Positions 14,081 through 27,101 of a stretch of DNA of 64,000 bases are shown here, in pieces. Each line of letters begins with the position of its first letter. The first letter of the stretch is position 1. Below the pieces are notes generated by a model. The model did not search any database. It was given only the letters and a program-made list of their open reading frames with translations, and had not been told where the DNA came from. The position numbers and the translations under genes were made by a program. The stretch spans positions 433,256,001 through 433,320,000 of the forward strand of contig OZ024740.1 of the NCBI GenBank assembly GCA_964016885.1, given 5' to 3'. The stretch comes from Eledone cirrhosa. Its lineage: Eukaryota.

Positions 14081-14211
14081 GTGTATATATATATATGTGT
14101 GTGTGTGTGTATATATGCATATATGTGTATATATACTTAAGGTAAACATTGATGCAATTCAATTCAAGCACTCAATGTCCTTTTTTCCACATAGGAGTGA
14201 CAGAGTATATA

Positions 14212-14506
14212 TCGAATAAGAAAAAGCGAAGTAGTTTCAGATGTTAAAGTCCTTTAATGATAATGCTGTGATACATATTTCAATGACAACAGTGGCCACA
14301 TGGTTTGGTGCGCCCAGTGCCGTTCCCATGTCGATTCAATTTGGATTGCCTTGGAAACATAACCTTATTATGTAAGAAGCTGTCTGATGATGTCTCGGCA
14401 CTGGGCTCACCAAACCATGTGGCCAATGTTGTCATTGAAATATGTATCACAGCATTATCATTAAAGGACTTTAACATCTGAAACTACTTCGCTTTTTCTT
14501 ATTCGA
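14212..14506 (+). mobile_element. TA-flanked element with ~110-bp inverted arms, PLE pLTR-like
   Basis: 14212-14322 is the near-perfect reverse complement of 14396-14506. Confidence 0.8.
14379..14453 (+). ncRNA. Type I hammerhead ribozyme
   Basis: Stem I GCTGT/ACAGC, CTGATGA at 14384-14390, long imperfect stem II, GAAA at 14437-14440, stem III ATATGTAT, AUC cleavage triplet. Confidence 0.7.
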
Positions 14507-15360
14507 TATGTGTATATATATATATATATATGTGTATATATATCTATGTGTGCGTGTATATGTGTGTGTGTATATATGTGTATATATATATGTGTATATA
14601 TATATATATGTGTATATATATATATGTGTGTGTATATATATATATGTATATATATATGTGTATATATATGTGTATATATATATATATGTGTATATATATA
14701 TATGTGTGTGTATATATATATATGTATATATATATGTGTGTATATAGATATGTGTGTATATATATATATGTGTGTATGTATATATATGTTTATATATATA
14801 TGTGTGTATATATATATATGTTTATATATATATATATATGTGTGTATATATATATATATATGTATGTGTATATATATGTATGTGTATATATATGTGTGTG
14901 TATATATATATATGTTTATATATATATGTGTGTGTATATATGTATGTGTATATATATATATATATGTGTGTGTATATATATATATATGTGTATATATATA
15001 TGTGTGTATATATATATGTGTTTATATATATATATGTGTGTGTGTAAATATATATGTGTGTGTGTATAAATATATGTGTATATATATGTGTGTGTATATA
15101 TATGTGTGTATATTTGTGTGTGTATTTATGTGTTTATATATATATGTGTGTGTATATATATGTGTGTATATATATATATATATACGTGTGTGTATATATA
15201 TATGTGTGTATATATATATATGTGTGTATATATATATATATATATGTGTATATATATATATGTGTGTGTATATATATATGTGTGTATATATATGTGTGTA
15301 TATATATGTGTGTATATATATGTGTATATATATGTGTGTGTGTATATATGTGTGTACATA

Positions 15361-15640
15361 TGTCAGGTCACCAGTTGGTGCTACTGGTAACATGTATCCC
15401 AGTACAACCTGTCTCATGGTCGGGTCATTGGCGACTAAACTGGCAACCCCACCAAGGTTTCTTGGTGAGGAGGGTGACTTTGGACATCCTGCAGGACTAA
15501 AAACAAAACCTGTCAAAGGGCAAAGGAGCTCTTAAGAGTCAATGGCCATCCAAAATCACCGGGAGAGATGACCCCTTAGCCTTTGTCAAGGCAGAATTCT
15601 AGGAGAAGGAAAGCTCTGATATAACACCTGAAATCCTGAT
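15361..15640 (+). mobile_element. RTE-like 5' leader fragment
   Basis: Homologous to 4369-4560. Contains CTAGGAGAAGGAAAGCTCTGA. Confidence 0.55.
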
Positions 15641-15976
15641 GGTATCCAATGATGTTGACTTGTTCTTCTTTTCTTTTTGGTAAATATCATCTTGGTTAAG
15701 AGAGTGGGACTGGCTTTGTGCAGTGCCTTTGCTCACTATAAAAGCTTCACAGCACAGGCATTGCTTTATATCTGGAGATCTCTCTGCACTTGTCGTCACA
15801 TGGTACCATGGGCCCAGCACTATGTGTCAGTAATTGTCACAAGTGTACCAGAGTTTTCAAGTCACTGGCTGGACTAAAATGTCACACTCGTTCAGCGCTT
15901 CGGTAGGGGTTCTCTTACATGGATATAAAGTAGTGGCCGTACTCGAAAATGAGTTGGCAGCCACCATATATATATA

Positions 15977-16007
<31 letters not shown>

Positions 16008-16439
16008 GTGTGTATATATATATATTGTGTATATATATATATGTGTATATATATATAGATGTGTGTGTATAGATGTGTGTATATATCTGTGTGTATATAT
16101 GTGTGTGTATATATATCCAGTGGGATGGCGTCATCATAGGGCTGGTCACAGCACGACGTGCTGTGACCAGAGGCGCTGAATGAGGCCCGACAGAATGGTC
16201 AGTCAAGGTGATCAAGGTGATATATCTATGTATATATATATGTGTGTGTGTGTGTATATGTGTGTATATTGTGTTTATATATATGTGTGTATGTATGTGT
16301 GTGTGTATGTGTGTATATTATGTGTTTATATGTATGTATATATGTGTGTGTGTATATATTATGTGTTTATGTATATTATGTGTATGTATATTATGTGTTT
16401 ATATGTATATTGTGTGTTTATGTGTATGTATATTTATGC

Positions 16440-17587
16440 ATGGCCAAAGTCCTAGTATGTAGAAAGGAAAATGGCTGAGATTCCCTCAGGAAAATGGCCT
16501 TGCTCAGTATGTAGGAATGGAGTAGGTAGAAACTCCATCCTATGTCCCAAATGGAAACTATGGGTACACAAGGGATGTAGTGGTATTTCAGGTAAGCTAG
16601 CAAAGAACATGTTTTATATGTGGCTGGTGCACAGGTGCAGCAAATAGCAATAGCCCTCAGGATACTAACTCCTTTAAATGCCCAGAGGCCTCTGTAGAAG
16701 TAGTTGACAGTTTTTGTTAATTGGGTGACCAAATTAACAGTGGAGGAGGGTGTTCTGAAAGTGCAGTAGCCAGAGTCAGAACAGGATGGAGAAAGTTCCG
16801 GGAGCTACTACTGCTGCTGGCTACTAAAGGTTTTTCCCTCAAAACGAAGGGCAGATTGTATGATGCATGTATATGAACAGCTATGTTGCATGGCAGTGAA
16901 ACTTGGGTACTCTGTGCAGAGGACATATGAAGATTGGAAAGAAATGAAGCTGGCTTTCTCCGATGGATGTGTAATAGTTAATATAAGTGAATGGCAAAGC
17001 ATAAATGAACAGAGAGAAACCGGGCATAAGAGGGATCAGATGCAGTGTGCAGGAGAGGAGATTACGTTGGTATGGACATGTGATGTGTATGAAGGATGAC
17101 GACTGTATAAAAAGGTGCAGAGTACTCAAAGTTGAGAGAAAGTATGGAGTAGGCAGGCCTAGGAAGAGTTGGGGTGAGGCTATAAAAGCTGACCTTGCAC
17201 AATTATACCTTTCAAAGGTAATGATACAGGTCAGAGATCTTTGGTGTTATGCATTAATACAGAAGACCCATCCTTCGTCTACATCCCTCTCTCCCCCCCT
17301 TCCATACACTTCCCACGTCCCTACACCCTTCACCAGATAAGTGCCCCACCCTAGATCTACCTTACCAACTCCAGTCCATACTGTAAAGTGGTCATTTGGG
17401 TGCCATGACAAAAAGCCCCTAGGCCACACTGTAAATAAGGTTGGTGCCAGGAAGGACATCCAGCCGCAGAAAGCCAGAAACAGTTCTGTATGAGCATGAC
17501 ACGGTCATCAAACCTGGCTTGTCTCACAACAGGACAACTTATCTAACCCATGCTAGCATGGAAAAATGGATGTTAAATAGTGATGAT
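16440..17587 (+). mobile_element. Older, degraded RTE 3' half
   Basis: KVLVCRKE, PHD remnant and RLRWYGHV, with many stops and frameshifts. Confidence 0.85.
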
Positions 17588-17699
17588 GTGTGTGTTTGTG
17601 TATGCATATATGTGTATGTAAGTGCATGTGTGTGTATCTATGTGAATATATGCATGTGTATGTATATATGTGTGTATGTATATAAATATATATATATTA

Positions 17700-18381
17700 T
17701 CTATATATATAAGACTGAGGATGTCTGTCTGTGTGTGTGTGAGTATGAATCCCTAAAACTAGAGAACCACCCAACCGACTGTTTTCAAACTTTACACATG
17801 AAATACTTATGTTTAAGGGAGTGCTCTGAGCAAAAAGAATTTCAAATTTTCAAAGCCCTAGGGACCGCATTAGGCGATTTAGCGATCTCTCTCTATAATT
17901 CTTAGTCTTTCTCTTTTTAGATAGATACATACATATAACGTCGCGTCCTTATAATATGTCTGTCTGACTGTCTGCATTACGTCACTTCCCACAATTCCCT
18001 CTCCATCCAGAACGTGCCCTTATAATATCTGTCTGTATGTCTGTCTGGCTGTCTGCTGCCCGCATTAGGTGAAAAACTTCATTTTTTCAGCTTTTTAGGG
18101 CTTTTTTGAGGCGTTACGTCTAGCCGATTTTCCCGAAATTTCAAGGCATATTATGCACATAAAAAAAATTCATTTTCTTGATCCCCTAGAGCCCACATTA
18201 GGTGTAAACCTGCATTTTTCCTGCTTCATCGAGGAAAATCTTAAAGATTATCCAGCCATCAGAGTATTCGGTTTATTTTCTTTACATATTGTCGAGGCAT
18301 GCAGTTTTTCAACGAGTAGGTCTGTTGGCAGCCCGCGTTCCAAAATACCTTATCGCGTGCAAAGCCGGGTACCACTGCTAG
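17700..18381 (+). mobile_element. Non-autonomous Helitron-type element
   Basis: Begins TCTATATATATAAG and ends CTAG after GC-rich CGCGTGCAAAGCCGGG. Inserted between A and T with no TSD. Confidence 0.7.
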
Positions 18382-18654
18382 TATATTATAAAAATAAGAA
18401 TATACTTGATAAAATAAATTATGTAAGCCACAAACTAAAGTGTTCAATTCTACTGACTCACTCTCACACTTTCATTTCACAACTTTTATAAGTATAAAAA
18501 ACTGTTTATACTCTAAACTTGCTATTACTACATTCTTTAAATGTTTATTAATTCAGTGGAATACAATGGTTCTATAAACGGTTAAAAAGATAAAACTTGT
18601 TCCTCCTAACACAAACTGTTTTATGTAAGACAGTGTATCTAACTTTTGTTGACC

Positions 18655-18945
18655 TGGTGTCATGAAAAATGCACTCAATACACTGTGTAAAGTGGTTGGT
18701 GTTAGGAAGATGATCCAGTCATAGAAAACATCTCAAAGAATCAAGAGAATTCTTCAGCTGCTTCAAGGACATGACAACTCCCGATGTTGGTGTCATGAAA
18801 AATGCACTCAATACACTGTGTAAAGTGGTTGGTGTTAGGAAGATGATCCAGTCATAGAAAACATCTCAAAGAATCAAGAGAATTCTTCAGATGCTTCAAG
18901 GACATGACAACCCCCCATGTTGGTGTCATGAAAACTGTACTTAAT
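18655..18945 (+). repeat. ~133-bp tandem duplication (2.2 copies) of an RTE-tail-like segment
   Basis: TGGTGTCATGAAAA recurs at ~18655, ~18788 and ~18921. Confidence 0.8.
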
Positions 18946-19689
18946 ACACTCAGAATAAAGCTAGAGAAACTATACCCAAACTGAATGGTATGTCAGATAG
19001 AGGTACCTCCTGTCAAGGAGTCATCAATTATGTACTGACATGATCTGTGGCAACCTATCCCCACCACACCAACATGGAGTGGTGGGACCATGATACTGTT
19101 GTTTAGCTGTCATTGATATAACAACTAAATAGTTGTTTCCTTTTTTCCTCTCCCTCCCTGTCTCACTCATTCCCCCCTCTCTCTCTATTCCAACAACCAC
19201 ATGCTGCTGTTATTGTTGTTACTCCATGTGAAGCCACAACACTATACAAACAACAAGAGGAGGATAGGTATGAGATTTTATCTAATAAAACTAATGCACT
19301 TAGTTTTACACTCCCCTCTCTCTCTATCACTTCCCCCTCTCTCTCTATCACTCTTCTCTTTCTCCATCACTCCCCTCTCTTTCTCTCTTCTCTCTCTTTC
19401 TATCCCTCCCCTCTCAATTTATTTATCCTTCAACCTCTCCCTCTCACACTCTCTCTATCTTCTCTTCCTTAGTTTTATCTCCCTAGGTTGATAAAATAAG
19501 TTGGAGTGAATGACTGCAGGTGACATCAATTAAAGTGATTCTATTCTTCCTGTCCAAATGTGTGGCCTAAGGCTAAATGAGAAATATGACTTATATGAAA
19601 TGGTAGAAGAGAAAGATTAGAGACTAATATATGAATGGCTTTAACAGTTAATGTGGTGCGGTAAATATAGATGTATACACCAGTTCTGA

Positions 19690-22600
19690 ACACAGAGGAA
19701 CCAACCTGCCACTGACTCTGTTTTTCCCATCTCTCATATACCCCAGGTCCCAACACAGAGGAACCAACCTCCCCCTGCCCTGTCTCCCCAACTCTCATAT
19801 ACCCCAGGTCCCAACAGAGAGGAACCAACCTCCCCCTGCCTCTGTCTCCCCATCTCTCATATACTCCAGGTCCCAACACAGAGGAACCAACCTCCCACTG
19901 TCTCTGTCTCTCCCCATCTCTCATATACCCCAGCTACCTAGACAGAGGAACCAACCTCACACTGTCTCTGTCTCTCCCCATCTCTCATATACCCCAGCTA
20001 CCTAGACAGAGGAACCAACCTCCCACTGCCTCTGTCTCTCCCCATCTCTCATATACCCCAGGTCCCAACACAGAGGAACCAACCTCCCACTGCCTCCGTC
20101 TCTCCCCATCTCTCATATACCCCAGGTCCCAACACAGAGGAACCAACATCCCACTGCCTCTGTCTCTCCCCATCTCTCATATACCCCAGCTACCTAGACA
20201 GAGGAACCAACCTCCCACTGCCTCTGTCTCTCCCCATCTCTCATATACCCCAGGTCCCAACACAGAGGAACCAACATCCCACTGCCTCTGTCTCTCCCCA
20301 TCTCTCATATACCCCAGGTCCCAACACAGAGGAACCAACCTCCCACTGCCTCCGTCTCTCCCCATCTCTCATATACCCCAGGTCCCAACACAGAGGAACC
20401 AACCTCCCACTGCCTCTGTCTCTCCCCATCTCTCATATACCCCAGGTCCCAACACAGAGGTACCAACCTCCCACTGCCTCCGTCTCTCCCCATCTCTCAT
20501 ATACCCCAGGTCCCAACACAGAGCAACCAACCTCCCACTGCCTCTGTCTCTCCCCATCTCTCATATACCCCAGGTCCCAACACAGAGGAACCAACCTGCC
20601 ACTGCCTCTGTCTCTCCCCATCTCTCATATACCCCAGGTCCCAACACAGAAGAACCAACCTCCCACTGCCTCTGTCTCTCTCCATCTCTCATATACCCCA
20701 GGTCCCAACACAGAGGTACCAAGCTCCCACTGCCTCCGTCTCTCCCCATCTCTCATATACCCCAGGTCCCAACACAGAGGAACCAACCTCCCACTGCCTC
20801 TGTCTCTCCCCATCTCTCATATACCCCAGGTCCCAACACAGAGGAACCAGCCTCCCACTGCCTCTGTCTCACCCCATCTCTCATATACCCCAGGTCCCAA
20901 CACAGAGGAACCAGCCTCCCCCTGTCTCTGCCTCTCCCCATCTCTCATATACCCCAGGTCTCAACACAGAGGAACCAACCTCCCCCTGTCTCTGCCTCTC
21001 CCCATCTCTCATATACCCCAGGTCCCAACACAGAGCAACCAACCTCCCACTGTCTCTGTCTCTCCCCATCTCTCATATACCCCAGGTCTCAACAGAGGAA
21101 CCAGCCACCCCTGTCTCTGCCTCTCCCCATCTCTCATATACCCCAGGTCCCAACACAGAGGAACCAGCCTCCCCCTGTCTCTGCCTCTCCCCATCTCTCA
21201 TATACTCCAGGTCCCAACACAGAGGAACCAGCCTCCCCCTGTCTCTGCCTCTCCCCATCTCTCATATACCCCAAGTCCCAATACAGAGGAACCAACCTCC
21301 CCCTGTCTCTCCCCATCTCTCATATACCCCAGGTCCCAACACAGAGGAACCAGCCTCCCCCTGTCTCTGCCTCTCCCCATCTCTCATATACCCCAGGTCC
21401 CAACACAGAGGAACCAGCCTTCCCCTGTCTCTGCCTCTCCCCATCTCTCATATACTCCAGGTCCCAACACAGAGGAACCAGCCTCCCCCTGTCTGTGCCT
21501 CTCCCCATCTCTCATATACCCCAGGTCCCAACACAGAGGAACCAGCCTCCCCTTGTCTCTGCCTCTGCCCATCTCTCATATTCCCCAGGTCCCAACACAG
21601 AGGAACCAGCCTCCCCTTGTCTCTCCCCATCTCTCATATACCCCAGGTCCCAACACAGAGGAACCAGCCTCCCCCTGTCTCTGCCTCTCCCCATCTCTCA
21701 TATACCCCAGGTCTCAACACAGAGGAACCAGCCTCCCCCTGTCTGTGCCTCTCCCCATCTCTCATATACCCCAGGTCCCAACACAGAGGAACCAGCCTCC
21801 CCTTGTCTCTGCCTCTGCCCATCTCTCATATTCCCCAGGTCCCAACACAGAGGAACCAGCCTCCCCCTGTCTCTGCCTCTCCCCATCTCTCATATACCCC
21901 AGGTCCCAACACAGAGGAACCAACCTCCCACTGCCTCTGTCTCTCCCCATCTCTCATATACCCCAGGTCCCAACACCGAGGTACCAACCTCCCCCTGTCT
22001 CTGTCTCTCCCCAACTCTCATATACCCCAGGTCCCAACACAGAGGTACCAACCCCCCACTGTCTCTGCCTTTCCCCATCTCTCATATACCCCAGGTCCCA
22101 ACACAGAAGAACCAGCCTCCCCCTGTCTCTACCTCTCCCCATCTCTCATATACCCCAGGTCCCAACACAGAGGAACCAGCCTCCCACTGTCTCTGCCTCT
22201 CCCCATCTCTCATATACCCCAGGTCCCAACACAGAGAAACCAGCCTCCCCTTGTCTCTGCCTCTACCCATCTCTCATATACCCCAGGTCCCAACACAGAG
22301 GAACCAGCCTCCCCCTGTCTCTGCCTCTCCCCATCTCTCATATACCCCAGGTCCCAACACAGAGGAACCAACCTCCCACTGCCTCTGTCTCTCCCCATCT
22401 CTCATATACCCCAAGTCCCAATACAGAGGAACCAACCTCCGCCTGTCTCTCCCCATCTCTCATATACCCCAGGTCCCAACACAGAGGAACCAGCCTCCCA
22501 CTGTCTCTGCCTCTCATATACCAAAGGTCTCAACACAGAGGAACCAACCTCCCCGTCTCTGCCTCTCCCCATCTCTCATATACCCCAGGTCCCAACACAG

Positions 22601-23880
22601 AGCCTCTCCCCATCTCTCATATACCCCAGGTCCCAACACAGAGGAACCAGCCTCCCCCTGTCTCTGCCTCTCCCCATCTCTCATATACCCCAGGTCTCAA
22701 CACAGAGGAACCAGCCTCCCCCTGTCTGTGCCTCTCCCCATCTCTCATATACCCAGGGTCCCAACACAGAGGAACCAGCCTCCCCTTGTCTCTGCCTCTG
22801 CCCATCTCTCATATTCCCCAGGTCCCAACACAGAGGAACCAGCCTCCCCCTGTCTCTGCCTCTCCCCATCTCTCATATACCCCAGGTCCCAACACAGAGG
22901 AACCAACCTCCCACTGCCTCTGTCTCTCCCCATCTCTCATATACCCCAGGTCCCAACACCGAGGTACCAACCTCCCCCTGTCTCTGTCTCTCCCCAACTC
23001 TCATATACCCCAGGTCCCAACACAGAGGTACCAACCCCCCACTGTCTCTGCCTTTCCCCATCTCTCATATACCCCAGGTCCCAACACAGAAGAACCAGCC
23101 TCCCCCTGTCTCTACCTCTCCCCATCTCTCATATACCCCAGGTCCCAACACAGAGGAACCAGCCTCCCACTGTCTCTGCCTCTCCCCATCTCTCATATAC
23201 CCCAGGTCCCAACACAGAGAAACCAGCCTCCCCTTGTCTCTGCCTCTCCCCATCTCTCATATACCCCAGGTCCCAACACAGAGGAACCAGCCTCCCCCTG
23301 TCTCTGCCTCTCCCCATCTCTCATATACCCCAGGTCCCAACACAGAGGAACCAACCTCCCACTGCCTCTGTCTCTCCCCATCTCTCATATACCCCAAGTC
23401 CCAATACAGAGGAACCAACCTCCGCCTGTCTCTCCCCATCTCTCATATACCCCAGGTCCCAACACAGAGGAACCAGCCTCCCACTGTCTCTGCCTCTCAT
23501 ATACCAAAGGTCTCAACACAGAGGAACCAACCTCCCCGTCTCTGCCTCTCCCCATCTCTCATATACCCCAGGTCCCAACACAGAGCCTCTCCCCATCTCT
23601 CATATACCCCAGGTCCCAACACAGAGGAACCAGCCTCCCCCTGTCTCTGCCTCTCCCCATCTCTCATATACCCCAGGTCCCAACACAGAGGAACCAACCT
23701 CCCACTGCCTCTGTCTCTCCCCATCTCTCATATACCCCAGGTCCCAACACCGAGGTACCAACCTCCCCCTGTCTCTGTCTCTCCCCAACTCTCATATACC
23801 CCAGGTCCCAACACAGAGGAACCAGCCTCCCCCTGTCTCTGCCTCTCCCCATCTCTCATATACCCCAGGTCCCAATACAG
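19690..23880. repeat. 64-bp minisatellite (~65 copies) with a ~983-bp higher-order duplication
   Basis: Unit CTCTCATATACCCCAGGTCCCAACACAGAGGAACC... ORF starts step by 64, and variant blocks recur 983 bp apart. Confidence 0.95.
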
Positions 23881-23924
23881 ACCAACCAAACCAACACAAC
23901 AAGTTTCATCATTTGGCCCTTTAT

Positions 23925-24112
23925 GGGAGGTGGATTGGCAGTATTGGTAGAGAGTCGGAGACCATGCTTTGCAGCATAGACTCACGCCCCTTTACAGTTT
24001 GAGTTCAAATCCCGCCGAGCTTAACTTTGCCTTTCATCCTTACAGAGTCAATAAAATAAAGTACCAGTAATACACTGGGATAATTGCTGGCCTTGTGCCA
24101 AAAGTAGAAACC
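23925..24112 (+). mobile_element. SINE family 2
   Basis: B-box GAGTTCAAATCCC and GCCTTTCATCC core. Confidence 0.8.
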
Positions 24113-24203
24113 ATTATTTATATATTAGGGGTCACTGAACACTTTAGGTAAAGCCAGGCACAATGACACCTTTATAGAAGTCTATAGGGACTAATAGAAT
24201 AAT

Positions 24204-24392
24204 GTTTCTACTTTTAGGCACAAGGACAGCAATTACCCCAGTGTATTACTGGTACTTTATTTTATCGACCCCCGTAAGGATGAAAGGCAAAGTTAACCTC
24301 TATGGGATTTGAACTCAGAACGTAAAGGGCCGTAACTCTATGCTGTAAAGCATGGTATCTGACTCTCTACCGATACTACCAATCCACCACCG
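24204..24392 (-). mobile_element. SINE family 2, inverted relative to 23925-24112
   Basis: Reverse-complement homology to the neighbouring copy. Confidence 0.8.
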
Positions 24393-24461
24393 ATAATAAT
24401 AATAACAACAATTATTGTGTACAGCGCTCACAAGAAGAAGAATGGAAGTTTTGTGCATATA

Positions 24462-25702
24462 AAATAAATATCTAATATAAAAGAAATATTTAATATAAAA
24501 GAAATATTTAATATAAAATAAATATTTAACATAAAAGAAATATCTAATATAAAAGAAATATTTAATATAAAAGAAATATCTAATATAAAAGAAATATTTA
24601 ATATAAAATAAATATCTAATATAAAATAAATATTTAATATAAAATAAATATCTAATATAAAATAAATGTCTAATATAAAAGAAATATCTAATATAAAATA
24701 AATATCTAATATAAAAGAAATATCTAATATAAAAGAAATATGTAATATAAAATAAATATCTAATATAAAATAAATATCTAATATAAAAGAAATATCTAAT
24801 ATAAAAGAAATATTTAATATAAAAGAAATATCTAATATAAAAGAAATATTTAATATAAAAGAAATATTTAATATAAAATAAATATTTAACATAAAAGAAA
24901 TATCTAATATAAAAGAAATATTTAACATAAAAGAAATATCTAATATAAAAGAAATATTTAATATAAAATAAATATCTAATATAAAAGAAATATTTAATAT
25001 AAAAGAAATATCTAATATAAAATAAATATTTAATATAAAAGAAATATCTAATATAAAAGAAATATTTAATATAAAAGAAATATTTAATATAAAAGAAATA
25101 TCTAATATAAAAGAAATATTTAATATAAAAGAAATATCTAATATAAAATAAATATTTAATATAAAAGAAATATCTAATATAAAATAAATATTTAATATAA
25201 AATAAATATCTAATATAAAAGAAATATTTAATATAAAAGAAATATTTAATATAAAAGAAATATTTAATATAAAATAAATATCTAATATAAAATAAATATT
25301 TAATATAAAATAAATATTTAATATAAAAGAAATATCTAATATAAAAGAAATATTTAATATAAAAGAAATATTTAATATAAAAGAAATATCTAATATAAAA
25401 TAAATATCTAATATAAAATAGATATTTAATATAAAAGAAATATCTAATATAAAATAAATATCTAATATAAAAGAAATATGTAATATAAAAGAAATATTTA
25501 ATATAAAAGAAATATCTAATATAAAATAAATATCTAATATAAAATAGATATTTAATATAAAAGAAATATTTAATATAAAAGAAATATTTAATATAAAAGA
25601 AATATTTAATATAAAAGAAATATTTAATATAAAAGAAATATTTAATATAAAAGAAATATTTAATATAAAAGAAATATTTAATATAAAAGAAATATTTAAT
25701 AT
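24462..25702. repeat. 18-bp AT-rich minisatellite (AATATAAAAGAAATATTT)n, ~69 copies
   Basis: Read directly from the sequence. Confidence 0.95.
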
Positions 25703-26374
25703 GCCAGTCATGGAAGAGTCAAAAACAAATAAAATATAAACACTGACAATTTTATTTTATTTTTCTAAATCAGAGATAATTTAAAACTACTACTACTTGT
25801 AGAATATGAAGACTTAGTAAGTTGTGTAAAGAAAAAGAAATTTTAATATCATTTACATGAAATTAACCTAATTCAGTATGGAATCCATGTGAACAGTGAA
25901 AGTCTATTTAGCTAAAATATTTCCATAGAGCAGGATATATAAAATCAATCGTGCAATGTATATGACATTTATCAGTCTCATAGATGAAGTATTGATTTAG
26001 TTGATAGGTAGTAAAAATATCTCCCAAAGACAGTAAAACCAATATAGATCAATAGATAGCTAACCAATAGGATATTCCAACCAGATTTTGGATAGAATTG
26101 CATTTTTTTTTTTCTTTCTGAGCATACCACAAGTTTAACCCTTTAGCATTTAAACCAGTCATATCCGGTAGAATTCTCGCACCTCTTTCTGTTCAAACCG
26201 GCTGTAACCAGCTATAACCAGCCAGAACCCTCTCACCTCTTTCTGTTCAAACCGGCTGTAATCGGCTATAACCGGCCAGAATTCTCTCACCTCTTTTTGT
26301 TCAAGCTGGCTACTCATACTGATGTTAAGGTATTGTTCTTTAAATAATATCAAAATGTCATAGATTCAATATTA

Positions 26375-26864
26375 TGAGATAATTATGTGAGGTAAAGCCT
26401 TTACTGTGAAAATACAATAGTATATATAGAGTAATGTAAATGTTATACAAGACATTATGTGAGATAAAGCCTTTACTGTGAAAATACAATAGTATATATA
26501 GAGTAATGTAAATGTTATGTGAGATACTATGTGAGGAAAAGCCTTTACTGTGAAAATACAATAGTATATATAGAGTAATGTAAATGTTATGTGAGATATT
26601 ATGTGAGGAAAAGCCTTTACTGTGAAAATACATTAGTATATATAGAGTAATGTAAATATTATGTGAGGTATTATGTGAGGTAGAGCATTTATCATGAAAA
26701 TACAATAGTATATATAGAGTAATGTAAATGTTATGTGAGATATTGTGTGGTAAAGCCTTTACTGTGAAAATACAATAGAATATATATAGAGTAATGTAAA
26801 TGTTATGTGAGATATTATGTGAGGTAAAGCCTTTACTGTGAAAATACAACAGTATATATAGAGT
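26375..26864. repeat. 72-bp tandem array, left part
   Basis: Unit GTGAAAATACAATAGTATATATAGAGTAATGTAAATGTTATGTGAGATATTATGTGAGGTAAAGCCTTTACT. Confidence 0.95.
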
Positions 26865-27101
26865 GATTTCTTTATTTGCCACTAGGGCACAAAAGGTAAG
26901 GACAGATACAAGGGGGGAAGTTTACATAAAATTAACGAGTACAAAAATATAACAATGAAATAACAACAACAAACGAAGTCCTCAATAGGGAGGGGGCATT
27001 AACATGGGTCGCACACACCCCGGAAAAAATGTGCAACCCTTCTCCTCAGGAGCACAAAGAGTAAGTGCTTCCCTCGTCTCCTCTTTTTCCTCTTCTTTCA
27101 C

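Noticed and set aside
14508-15535. YI/CV/HT-rich ORFs here and throughout the window
   Set aside because: They are translations of (TA)n/(TG)n microsatellites.
21495-24002. 777-835 aa ORFs on the plus strand
   Set aside because: All three frames are open because the repeat strand lacks stop codons. These are minisatellite artefacts.
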